DNA of 64,000 bases, from the NCBI GenBank assembly GCA_034659295.1, contig JAYEGX010000055.1:9726-73725 (forward strand), given 5' to 3'. Under the pieces are notes generated by a model, which saw nothing but the letters and a program-made list of their open reading frames with translations, had not been told where the DNA came from and did not search any database. The position numbers and the translations under genes were made by a program. Source of the stretch: Candidatus Altiarchaeota archaeon (lineage in GTDB: Archaea > Altiarchaeota > Altiarchaeia > IMC4 > QMZM01). Position 1 is the first letter of the stretch; each line of letters begins with the position of its first letter. This document shows, one piece after another, positions 28,072 through 37,254 of this stretch.

Positions 28072-29103
28072 ATGAAAACAGGAGGAAGCCTTTGGGGGGA
28101 GATAGAGATAATAAAGGGAGAGGAGAAGATCAAGGAAAGAGATCTGGAGATGATTTACCCCAAGATAAAGGAGTTATACAATGCAATAGTCTCCGAGATG
28201 GGGAAGATTGTTATCGGACAGGATGAGGTTATTGAACAGATTCTGGTGTCTATTTTCTCGAAAAACCATGCACTTCTGGAGGGTTACCCGGGGCTGGGTA
28301 AAACCTTTACAGTAAGCACTCTCTCGCAGATACTTGACCTGGACTTTACGAGGATACAGTGCACCCCAGACCTGATGCCTTCGGATATAACCGGCACGTA
28401 CATCGTAGAAGAAGAGGGAGGAGGTAAGAGATTCAAGTTCGAGAAGGGTCCTGTTTTCACCAACATATTGTTGACTGATGAGATAAACCGGGCGACCCCC
28501 AAGACACAGTCAGCTCTTCTGGAGGCCATGCAAGAGAGACAGGTCTCTGCGGGTAACAAAACACATAAGATCGACTCGCCGTTCTTTGTTCTCGCAACAC
28601 AGAACCCCATAGAGATGGAAGGCACATACCCCCTGCCGGAGGCGCAGCTGGACAGGTTCCTGCTAAAAATTATAGTAACCTACCCCAAAAAGGAAGATGA
28701 AAGCAGGATAATAGAACTCTTCACCGGTGAAGATAAGACTGATGTGAAACAGCTGATACACAAGAACGAGTTCCTTAATATTCAACGCCTCACACGGAAG
28801 GTTCCCATATCCCAGGAAAACAGGGACTATGTCCTGGACATAGTAACCAAAACAAGACCCGAAAACGACGGAACAGCCAGAGAATACCTGGACTACGGAG
28901 CATCACCCAGAGCATCCATAGGACTGGTTTTGGCATCGAAGGCCAGGGCTCTGGTAAGGGGTAGAAGCTATGTTAACAGGGAGGATATAGAAAAAATGGC
29001 CTATCCCGTGCTAAGGCACAGAATTATTCCCAACTTCGAATCCGAGAGAAAGGGCGTTACAACAGATCACGTGATAGAAAAAATACTGAAAGAGGTGGGT
29101 TAG
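28072..29103 (+). CDS. MoxR-family AAA+ ATPase
   Basis: Walker A LLEGYPGLGKT, Walker B ILLTDEINRA, sensor region. 343 aa. Confidence 0.85.
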   Translation: MKTGGSLWGEIEIIKGEEKIKERDLEMIYPKIKELYNAIVSEMGKIVIGQDEVIEQILVSIFSKNHALLEGYPGLGKTFTVSTLSQILDLDFTRIQCTPDLMPSDITGTYIVEEEGGGKRFKFEKGPVFTNILLTDEINRATPKTQSALLEAMQERQVSAGNKTHKIDSPFFVLATQNPIEMEGTYPLPEAQLDRFLLKIIVTYPKKEDESRIIELFTGEDKTDVKQLIHKNEFLNIQRLTRKVPISQENRDYVLDIVTKTRPENDGTAREYLDYGASPRASIGLVLASKARALVRGRSYVNREDIEKMAYPVLRHRIIPNFESERKGVTTDHVIEKILKEVG

Positions 29104-29987
29104 TGGTTGTCGACCCGGATTTCCTGAACCAGCTGGGTAACCTGGAATTGATAGCCAGAAGGCGGGTTTCTAACATCAACGTAGGAAGTAAGAGATCTAT
29201 TCGAACCGGGAAGGGTATTGAGGTATCAGACCATAGGCAATATTATCCGGGCGACGACTTCAAGGCAATAGACTGGCGCCTATATGGCAGGACGGAGAGG
29301 CTTTATATCAGGCGTTTCGAAGAAGAGAAGGATTTAACAACACATATACTTGTGGACTCAAGCTCCAGCATGGATTTCTCCGTGGGAGGGATGAGGAAAT
29401 TCGACTACGCAGCTAATCTAGCCGCGGGGTTTGCTTATCTTTCGGTCAAAAAGTATGAGAAATTCGGTTCCGCTATGTTCTCCAACGGCATAAGGGATAT
29501 CGTACAGCCCAGGAAGGGTAAAAAGCACTTCTTCAGGCTTATTGAACTTATGGATAAATCAAAGCAGGAGGGGGAAACAGACCTCAGAAGGTCTATTGAT
29601 GAATACACGAAGATGATAAAATCCCGCTCCTTTGTAATAGTTCTATCGGATTTTATCGAGCCGATTGAATCCCTTGAGCATGCTGTCTTCAGGATTGCTA
29701 AATACTCGAAGGAGGCTATCCTGATGCAGGTTCTAGACCCCGGGGAGATTAACCTCAAGTGGAGGGAGGACGTGAACTTCGAGGATATGGAAAGTTCCAA
29801 ACAGGAGAAAACATACCTTAGCCCCCACTTCAGGGAGGATTACTCCAGAAAGATAAAAAATCACATCTACAACCTGCAGGAGATTTGCAGGGATGCTGGC
29901 GTGGACTTCTATTCCGTGACCTCGGATACTGCGTTGTTTGATTCCTTTATCCAGGTTATTGAGGGAAGGAAAATTAAAGCCCTTTGA
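29103..29987 (+). CDS. DUF58 (vWA-like) protein, the MoxR partner
   Basis: Conserved DUF58 block DWRLYGRTERLYIRRFEEEKDLTTHILVDSSSSM. Start overlaps the MoxR stop. Confidence 0.75.
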   Translation: MVVDPDFLNQLGNLELIARRRVSNINVGSKRSIRTGKGIEVSDHRQYYPGDDFKAIDWRLYGRTERLYIRRFEEEKDLTTHILVDSSSSMDFSVGGMRKFDYAANLAAGFAYLSVKKYEKFGSAMFSNGIRDIVQPRKGKKHFFRLIELMDKSKQEGETDLRRSIDEYTKMIKSRSFVIVLSDFIEPIESLEHAVFRIAKYSKEAILMQVLDPGEINLKWREDVNFEDMESSKQEKTYLSPHFREDYSRKIKNHIYNLQEICRDAGVDFYSVTSDTALFDSFIQVIEGRKIKAL

Positions 29988-30050
29988 TTCTTTAAGTTTT
30001 AATGTAATATCTTATATCATAGGCTGGAGTAAATGAGAATTCTTTGAAAA

Positions 30051-31322
30051 ATGTACCGAAGTTATGAAGAAATGCCAAAGATAAGGCTTCCCAACGCAGG
30101 GGATATAAAAATAAGCGACAGCACCCTGAGAGACGGAGCCCAGATGACTGGCGTAGTATTAACCAGAAAACACAAACTCAGGATACAGGAATACCTGCAT
30201 GAGATAGGAATCGAGAAACTAGAATGCTTCCTGTTCAACGAAAGAGATAAGAAAGTAGCCAGGGACATGCTGGATAAGGGATACACGAACCCCGAGATTA
30301 CCGGGTGGGCTAGGGCAAACCCCAAAGATATTGATTTAGTTCTCCAAATGGATGGTATAAAAGAGACGGGGATATTGATGTCCATCTCCGAAACCCACAT
30401 ATTCGACAAGCTTGAGCTGGAGAAAAGAGAGGAAGCAACGGAGAAATACCTTAATGCATTAGAGTATGCAACAGACCATGGATTGAGGGTTAGATGCCAT
30501 ATGGAAGACATCACACGGGCGGATTTCTCTTTCGTGAAGGAGTTCACCAGAAAGGTTATAGAAATAGCACCTGATTCAATGATAAGACTATGCGACACGC
30601 TTGGTTTGGGATTGCCATTTGCAGAGAGCCCGTTACCCTACAGCATACCCAAGATGGTTAAGCTAATGAAGGAGTTGGGTGTTAAGGAGATAGAAACCCA
30701 CATGCACGATGACTTCGGACTTGCTATAGCCAACTCCCTGGCAGGGTACTGGAACGGAGCGAACTGGTCTAATCTCACATTCCTTGGCATAGGAGAAAGA
30801 GCAGGTAATGCGGAGCTGGAGAAGATACTCCTATTTCTCATATGGAGGATGGAGGGCTTCGAGCGATACAACGCAGATAAGCTGGTGGAATTCGCCGAAT
30901 ACATGGAAAAGGAGGTTAGAGTCCATGTACCCAGAAACAAGGCAGTTGTCGGAAGAAACATATTCGCCCACGAATCAGGCATCCACACAGCGGGTGTGAT
31001 AAAAAACCCATTCACCTACGAGCCATTCCCACCGGAGCTGATAGGAGGAAAAAGACGGCTGGTTGTTGGAGACACCTCAGGTACGGAAGTAATCAGAAAA
31101 AAGGTTGAAGAAATAACAGAGACATTGATGGGAGTGAAGGTGAAGGTTAAAAAGAGAGACCCGAGGATTATAAAAATACACAAGGAGATACACAAGCTGT
31201 ATGATGCAGAAGGCAGGTGTTCCTCCATCTCCGATGATGAAATGAGAAAATACGTGGAGAAATACTTCATATTCGAACCAGTAGCTGATGTTGTGAAAGC
31301 AAACGAAAACAACGGAGAATAA
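30051..31322 (+). CDS. HMGL-like (pyruvate carboxyltransferase) family enzyme: isopropylmalate/homocitrate/citramalate synthase-like
   Basis: N-terminal ISDSTLRDGAQ motif of the DRE-TIM metallolyase family, 423 aa. The specific substrate cannot be assigned from sequence alone. Confidence 0.6.
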   Translation: MYRSYEEMPKIRLPNAGDIKISDSTLRDGAQMTGVVLTRKHKLRIQEYLHEIGIEKLECFLFNERDKKVARDMLDKGYTNPEITGWARANPKDIDLVLQMDGIKETGILMSISETHIFDKLELEKREEATEKYLNALEYATDHGLRVRCHMEDITRADFSFVKEFTRKVIEIAPDSMIRLCDTLGLGLPFAESPLPYSIPKMVKLMKELGVKEIETHMHDDFGLAIANSLAGYWNGANWSNLTFLGIGERAGNAELEKILLFLIWRMEGFERYNADKLVEFAEYMEKEVRVHVPRNKAVVGRNIFAHESGIHTAGVIKNPFTYEPFPPELIGGKRRLVVGDTSGTEVIRKKVEEITETLMGVKVKVKKRDPRIIKIHKEIHKLYDAEGRCSSISDDEMRKYVEKYFIFEPVADVVKANENNGE

Positions 31323-31323
31323 G

Positions 31324-32034
31324 TCAGTGGTCTATCGTGTCAAAGTGCTTGGATTCAACGTTCCTGTTGGTGAACATATTAAGGTATTCCTTCACGTACC
31401 TGAGGAAAACTCGCATATATCCCTCCTGCTTAAACCTTCTAGCTGAATTGTAGACTACCAGGTTTTTATCGATCAGGATTCTCCCAAGTTTAGCACGGCC
31501 CATCCTAAGAGAAAGCTCTGTGTCCTCAAGCATGGACAGGCTTTCATCAAAGCCACCGACCTCCAGGAAGGCACTTTTCCTGTAGGCACAGTTGGGCGTA
31601 CCAAGCTGGTAGAAGCCAAACAATGCCGTGAACCTGTACCATAAATCAGAGTTGATTTTGAACATAAGCTTATCCAGTAACCGGGCATCAATAGGCCTTA
31701 AAACACCGCCGACGCCAACCACATCCGGGTCATTGAATTTATCTGCGATCTCCCCCACCCAGTTACTCTCCACCATAGTATCCGCATCCGTGAAGGCCAC
31801 AACATCAGCATCACTTGCTCTAACACCCAGATTCCGGGCAGGGCCCGGGGCATCGGTATGGGTCTCTATTACCTTATCCGCGTGATTCCTGCATATCTCA
31901 ACCGTTTTGTCTGTGGATCCAGCATCCACCACAATAACGTTGAAATTTTTATATCTGTTTTCCTTAATTGATTTTAGGCATTTACCTATGTCTTTTTCCT
32001 CGTTGTATGCGGGGATGATAACCGATACCTTCAT
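31324..32034 (-). CDS. Family 2 glycosyltransferase
   Basis: MKVSVIIPAYNEEKDI...VVDAGSTD...DAD has the DxD and GT-A fold patterns. Confidence 0.75.
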   Translation of the reverse strand: MKVSVIIPAYNEEKDIGKCLKSIKENRYKNFNVIVVDAGSTDKTVEICRNHADKVIETHTDAPGPARNLGVRASDADVVAFTDADTMVESNWVGEIADKFNDPDVVGVGGVLRPIDARLLDKLMFKINSDLWYRFTALFGFYQLGTPNCAYRKSAFLEVGGFDESLSMLEDTELSLRMGRAKLGRILIDKNLVVYNSARRFKQEGYMRVFLRYVKEYLNMFTNRNVESKHFDTIDH

Positions 32035-32083
32035 CTTGAAAGTATAAAGTTATTCTACTATACAGTATAAATACATAAAAAAA

Positions 32084-33148
32084 ATGAAGCGCAGGACTAT
32101 GATATTGTTTTTGGTTGGGTTAATACTCATCCTCCTACTCCTGCAGACACTTGATATCAGACAGATTGAGGGAAAGCTGGCTAAGATGCCAAAACAAGAC
32201 CTCCTGGTTTATCTCACCGGCTTGTTAGTCATACAACTGGCTGTGATGCTCCTATCAGCCCTTAAATGGCGTGTTGTATTAAGAAACTCGCAGGTTTCAA
32301 TGAAAAACATTATCCCAGCAACCTTTGTAGGATATCTGGTCAACAACATAACACCCGTTGGCCTGGCCGGGGGGGAGCCAATCAGGGCATACATCCTATA
32401 CAAGACTGACCAGATTAGTATGCCAACCTCAGCATCTTCCGTGATAGTGGACCTCTTTTTGGAGATATTCCCCATCTTCATCATGATTCTCGCATCCATA
32501 GGAATTGTTTATTCCAGTGGTGTGCCCCCGGAGGTTTCCGTCCTATTGTTGCTGATGACGTTGATTCTGGCGGTATTTTTCGCTTCCGTGGTCAGTATAG
32601 CATACCATAAACCCTATTCCAGCAGTCTCATAAAACTTATAGGTAAAATCATCTCCGTAACGCCCTTCTTCAGAAGATACAATGAACGGCTTGGAGATGA
32701 ATTCGAGGACATAACCCGCAGATTCGATGAAGCAATGAAGCTGCAACTTCTGGACAACCAGATAATCATCCAGGGGGTTTTCATCTCCGCCCTGGTGTGG
32801 GTTCTGAGGGTTATACGGCTTTACGTGTCTTTTCTGGTCCTGGGGGTGGAGGTTGCATTACCCACTGTTGTGGTGGTGGAAACCATGGTCTCGGCGGTTT
32901 CGTTTCTGCCGCTGCTTCCAGGAGCCCTGGGTATATGGGAGTGGACTTCTGTGGAGCTGTTTAGCATCATATCACCTTACTCTGGAATCAACATTAGCAG
33001 GGAATATGCTGCCATGGGTACATTAATGAACAGGTTGTTTCTGTACCTGATACCCTGTGTTATTGGCGTTATAGCCGCATTCTATCTTGGATTGAACATC
33101 TTCAAGATAACAGAGGAGGACAAACGCGGGCTTGAAGAGTCCATCTGA
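32084..33148 (+). CDS. Polytopic membrane protein of the flippase-like / lysyl-PG-synthase TM-domain (UPF0104) type
   Basis: 354 aa with about 8 TM helices and a conserved GGEPIRAY stretch. Divergent from the GT2 gene. Confidence 0.4.
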   Translation: MKRRTMILFLVGLILILLLLQTLDIRQIEGKLAKMPKQDLLVYLTGLLVIQLAVMLLSALKWRVVLRNSQVSMKNIIPATFVGYLVNNITPVGLAGGEPIRAYILYKTDQISMPTSASSVIVDLFLEIFPIFIMILASIGIVYSSGVPPEVSVLLLLMTLILAVFFASVVSIAYHKPYSSSLIKLIGKIISVTPFFRRYNERLGDEFEDITRRFDEAMKLQLLDNQIIIQGVFISALVWVLRVIRLYVSFLVLGVEVALPTVVVVETMVSAVSFLPLLPGALGIWEWTSVELFSIISPYSGINISREYAAMGTLMNRLFLYLIPCVIGVIAAFYLGLNIFKITEEDKRGLEESI

Positions 33149-33185
33149 CTTTTATTGGTGAAATACCAGAATATTACCTCCCGAA

Positions 33186-33467
33186 ATGAAACTACCTAAG
33201 GTATTGAACACTTACTGCCCGCACTGCAGGAAACACGGAGGACATGATGTCTCACTCGGCAAGAAGGGTAAACAGAGCAGCATGAGAGAAGGGCAGAGAA
33301 AATTCAAGCAGGTGAAGAAGGGATATAAAGGCTCACCAAGAACGCCCAAAAAGCAGGTCTACAAAATAGGTAAACGTACTGTTGCAGTGCTCAAGTGCAA
33401 AAACTGCGGGAAAAAACACCAGAAGATTTATAGGTCCAGAAGCAGGAAGAGGACGGAGATAGAATGA
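33186..33467 (+). CDS. rpl44e: 50S ribosomal protein L44e
   Basis: 93 aa. CPHC...CKNC zinc ribbon and lysine-rich L44e pattern. Confidence 0.85.
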   Translation: MKLPKVLNTYCPHCRKHGGHDVSLGKKGKQSSMREGQRKFKQVKKGYKGSPRTPKKQVYKIGKRTVAVLKCKNCGKKHQKIYRSRSRKRTEIE

Positions 33468-33643
33468 GCAAAAGCAGATTTCTAAGGGTTAAATGCGGTG
33501 ACTGCGGTAACGAACAGGTAATCTTTGAGAGAGCATCCACTGTAATTAAATGTCTCGCCTGCGAAAAAGTTCTTGCAGAACCAGGGGGTTCTGTAGCCGA
33601 CGTCAAGGCCGAAATACTTGATGTCGTCGACAATAAAACATGA
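33464..33643 (+). CDS. rps27e: 30S ribosomal protein S27e
   Basis: 59 aa: MSKSRFLRVKCGDCGNEQVIFERASTVIKCLACEKVLAEPGG... has a C4 zinc ribbon. ATGA overlap with rpl44e. Below the ORF-track size cutoff. Confidence 0.8.
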   Translation: MSKSRFLRVKCGDCGNEQVIFERASTVIKCLACEKVLAEPGGSVADVKAEILDVVDNKT

Positions 33644-34062
33644 AAGAATTCGAGTTTCTGGAGCATACCGCTGATCTCAAATTCAGGTCCTACGGCAACA
33701 GCCTATCTGAATGCTTTATTAATTGTGCTAGAGCGTTCACCCACTCCATAGCAGACCTTGACTCCATAGAAAAAAAAGAAAAAAGGGAATTCACGGTCGG
33801 GGGGGATGATCTTGACCTGCTGTTGCATGATTTCCTTTCTGAGCTGCTTTTTCTTTTCGAAACAGAACATCTATTGTTCAGCGAATACAACATAAAAGTG
33901 GGAGAGGATGAGGGATTTATCCTGCAGGCATCGGTTTGGGGGGAGGAATATGATCCAGGCAGGCACCTGCTGAAGACCGAGATTAAGGCAATAACACTCC
34001 ACGACCTTTATGTGAAGAAGGTGGAAGGAAAGTGGATTGCCCAGGTTTTATGCGATATCTAG
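33640..34062 (+). CDS. Archease (RtcB activator)
   Basis: 140 aa. N-terminal FEFLEHTADLKFRSYG and C-terminal KAITLH (metal-binding) are typical archease blocks. ATGA overlap with rps27e. Confidence 0.8.
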   Translation: MKEFEFLEHTADLKFRSYGNSLSECFINCARAFTHSIADLDSIEKKEKREFTVGGDDLDLLLHDFLSELLFLFETEHLLFSEYNIKVGEDEGFILQASVWGEEYDPGRHLLKTEIKAITLHDLYVKKVEGKWIAQVLCDI

Positions 34063-35355
34063 CATATTTCTTCCTTCCCTGACAATCTGGTTCAGCTTTT
34101 TTTTGGTGGTTGCTTCTGCTGTAATCCTTATAAATGATTCCGTTCCAGAGGGTCTTATAAGAAACCAGCCCTCCTGCGAGGAAAGCCGCACCCCGTCGAT
34201 GGTGTTCAGCTCATAATCCAGTCTTTCGGCCTTCTTCAGAACAGATGCCATAATCTTTCGCTTCATATTTTCCTCGCATGGAATCTTCACCCTCAGGGTG
34301 GGGTATTCATTCACCTCATCCAGTATCTCATAGAAACGGTTCTCTGAAACCATCTTGGCTGTTACCGCAGCAGTTAATATCCCATCAGGGAACAAGTGCA
34401 CTTCCGGGAAAATAAAGGAGCCTGAGGGCTCGCCTCCAAAGTCTGCGTTCTCTCTCTTGACTGCGTTAGCCACGGAAACATCACCCACAGGTGTCCTGAT
34501 AACCTCCCCGCAGACCTCCTCAACCCTCATGGAAGCGTCCACTGTGGTAACAACCTTGTTTTTCCCATAAGCCAGCACGGAGAGAAAAGAATCCCAGTCA
34601 ACCAGCCTGCCTCTGGAGTCTATTGCTGCCGTCCTGTCAGCGTCCCCGTCGTGTGCTACCGCAACATCAACGCCTGAACCTTTTACCAGAGAGCAGGTCT
34701 CCCTCAGGTTCTCTTCAGTCGGCTCAAGACCGTGAGGGAATAACCCGTTGGTTTCGGTGTTTATGGCCTCCACCTGACATCCCATCTCACCAAGCAGAGA
34801 GGGTGTGATAACAGAACCAGCTCCGTTAGCGCAGTCAACCATTATCCTAACCTCATCACTCACCCGGCCCACCTTTTTTAGTATCCTATTCATGTGCTTC
34901 CCAAGGTAATCCACCAACTCGGCTTTGGTTTCCGATACCTTCACTTGCCTGAATTCCCTGGACTGGAATGCTCTCTGCAAACCCCTCTCCTGGTCTGGGG
35001 AGTAAGCCTTTCCCCTGCCCCAGAACTTGAAGCCGTTGTATTCCGGGGGATTATGGGATGCTGTCACCACCACAGAGGTGCCGTATTCCTCCGAGGCCAT
35101 GGCAACCGTTGGAGTGGGCACCAGCCCCAAATCCACTGCATTCTTCCCGGATATGTTCAAAGCAGAAATGAACTGCTCCTTGATTCGGGGAGAGCTCTCC
35201 CGGCAATCCATACCCACCGCAATAACCTTATCCCTTGAGCAGGTTCCCAGGGCCATGGCAAGATCTGCAACAAACTCCCCGTTAATGTCTTTAACCTTTC
35301 TTCTTATCCCTGAGGTACCGAAGAGTCTATCAGTCATTTTTATTTTCTGGGACAA
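34048..35355 (-). CDS. Phosphoglucosamine/phosphomannomutase-family enzyme
   Basis: Active-site loop TASHNPPEYNGFKF (phosphoserine), plus a metal-binding DGDADR-like block (HDGDADR). Confidence 0.8.
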   Translation of the reverse strand: MSQKIKMTDRLFGTSGIRRKVKDINGEFVADLAMALGTCSRDKVIAVGMDCRESSPRIKEQFISALNISGKNAVDLGLVPTPTVAMASEEYGTSVVVTASHNPPEYNGFKFWGRGKAYSPDQERGLQRAFQSREFRQVKVSETKAELVDYLGKHMNRILKKVGRVSDEVRIMVDCANGAGSVITPSLLGEMGCQVEAINTETNGLFPHGLEPTEENLRETCSLVKGSGVDVAVAHDGDADRTAAIDSRGRLVDWDSFLSVLAYGKNKVVTTVDASMRVEEVCGEVIRTPVGDVSVANAVKRENADFGGEPSGSFIFPEVHLFPDGILTAAVTAKMVSENRFYEILDEVNEYPTLRVKIPCEENMKRKIMASVLKKAERLDYELNTIDGVRLSSQEGWFLIRPSGTESFIRITAEATTKKKLNQIVREGRNMLDIA

Positions 35356-36388
35356 TAATCTTTGCGAAGTTTATTATAAGAATCAGCACAATAGGCCCCA
35401 GAAACAAGCCCGTGAAACCGAAGACCGCCGGCCCGAATATGTATGCAAGCATCAGGGAGCCCTTGTGCATGTCTTTACCGCTTACCAGAGGCCTTAAAAG
35501 CAGGTCGGGGGTGAAGTCCACGAAGACGTTGACCGTGAAAAGAAAAACCAGCAGGTAAGGCCACTCACAGAAAAGAAGGTCGTTGAGGTAGGCCTCAGCT
35601 CCTAGATAAGCAAATAATGGAACCCAGATAATCTTTATGCCCACGGCAGGCACGAGGGTTCCCAGACCGCATAGTATCCCAAGGAGGATGGGGTAGGGTA
35701 TCTGCAGCCCGGGGTTCGCTATCGTATTCAGCAGATGGAATAATATCACCCCAATCAGGGATGTGACCAGTATGGTTAGAATGTTCCCGAAGAATATCTT
35801 CTGGAGGCTTGAGTCAACGGATTCAATGAATCGGGTGAATGTCTCATCTCCCCCGGGAATAATTGTTTCCGTGAGAAAGTTTTTTATCTCGTGTCCGTGT
35901 TTGAGGAAGTAGAATGCTAGAGTGAATGTCAGAAAGAACTTGAATAGTATGCCGGCTATCTGGAACAGGGGAAGTATCAGGTTATCGTAGACTGTCATAC
36001 CCTCTTTTCCCATAAAACCCAGGAGGTCTACGTCTTCTAGGTTAAGGTAGATTTCCTCCAGCTCCCTTACTGCGTTATTTAGGTATTCATTCAGGATGAA
36101 CGCGTTAGTTGAGAGAAGCTGGTTTAGCTCGTGGGATGCTACGCTAAGGGAGTATAAGGCTATTGATATAACAGGCAGTACTAATACAATAAGCGACACG
36201 GTGATAGCTAAATCCCTGGATTTAATCCGCTTATCGAGCCTGTTTTTTATGGGTTTTGTTATGTAGTACAGGAAGACTGCGTAGATTAAGACATCAACGA
36301 AGCGGAGCATTACTGATGCGGTAACAATAAACAAGACGAAACCGAATAGGTAGATATAGAATCTACTGTCTCCCTTGAGTAAATCCAT
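35330..36388 (-). CDS. AI-2E family (UPF0118/PerM-like) transporter
   Basis: 352 aa, about 8 TM helices, with a characteristic conserved central loop. Confidence 0.5.
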   Translation of the reverse strand: MDLLKGDSRFYIYLFGFVLFIVTASVMLRFVDVLIYAVFLYYITKPIKNRLDKRIKSRDLAITVSLIVLVLPVISIALYSLSVASHELNQLLSTNAFILNEYLNNAVRELEEIYLNLEDVDLLGFMGKEGMTVYDNLILPLFQIAGILFKFFLTFTLAFYFLKHGHEIKNFLTETIIPGGDETFTRFIESVDSSLQKIFFGNILTILVTSLIGVILFHLLNTIANPGLQIPYPILLGILCGLGTLVPAVGIKIIWVPLFAYLGAEAYLNDLLFCEWPYLLVFLFTVNVFVDFTPDLLLRPLVSGKDMHKGSLMLAYIFGPAVFGFTGLFLGPIVLILIINFAKIIVPENKND

Positions 36389-36444
36389 GATAATATAGTA
36401 TTAAACGAGAAGAAGCATTAAAGCCTTTTTTGGCATATTTAGCA

Positions 36445-36984
36445 TTACTGGCATAGAACTGCGAGGGGGTATTCAGCAGCAGGACACCAGTGCATCCTCA
36501 GCCAGCATTTCCCCTCATCGTCAAAAAAGCTAACTCCCCATTGTAGCCTGTTCGTATTCTGATCAACTATCATAAAACCGGTTGTTTGAATTTCATGATA
36601 GCCTGCTTGATATTGAGGTAGGGCTCCTACACTAGCAGTTTTGGTCATTTTATATGCACAATTAATAGGTACCATTCCATCGGGACACTCGGCTGCTATA
36701 TACCACTCTTTACCGCCCACAAATGGAACCGGGTTAATAACAAAATTTTCTCCTCCGTTGTCGTGTAGAACAGGACTGTCGAATAAATCCGACGTATATT
36801 CCACTGAATCCTTGCCGTAATACCATTCCACGCCCCCACAACTGAAATCTCCGTCATCGATAGCGCCCTGCAAACTCTTCTCCTGGCTGTTGATGTCTAT
36901 CTTAATATCATAACCTGAGTGCCACATATTCTTCGCAGGATCCCAGGAGCTGGCAACAACAAAACCAAGCCCGAAGAAAACCAA
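36445..36984 (-). CDS. Hypothetical secreted Cys-containing protein. TTG start in the track; possibly 5'-extended to an ATG at 37012 via a homopolymer frameshift.
   Basis: 179 aa with a hydrophobic N-terminus VFFGLGFVVASSW. An ATG at 37012..37010 is out of frame by one base, across C6 (36995-37000) and A6 (36983-36988) tracts. Confidence 0.4.
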   Translation of the reverse strand: MVFFGLGFVVASSWDPAKNMWHSGYDIKIDINSQEKSLQGAIDDGDFSCGGVEWYYGKDSVEYTSDLFDSPVLHDNGGENFVINPVPFVGGKEWYIAAECPDGMVPINCAYKMTKTASVGALPQYQAGYHEIQTTGFMIVDQNTNRLQWGVSFFDDEGKCWLRMHWCPAAEYPLAVLCQ

Positions 36985-37254
36985 AAAACAACAACCCCCC
37001 TGGAAAAACCATCACCCACCATTTTTAATCAATAAAGATAGGGTAGATAATCCATTAGATAGGTTATGATTTGAGGGAAGAATCCGCCTCCAAAATCCAG
37101 ACATACTGGCAGATAAAATAGACCCGATTAACATCAGAGAAAAAAAAGCCACAAAAAGTGTACACTGATTTTACCTCACCCCCCCTAAACAATTAATCTT
37201 CAGGGGGTTATTCTTTAAAACAAGGAGGTGATTTTTTTTATATTCCCCATTCGT

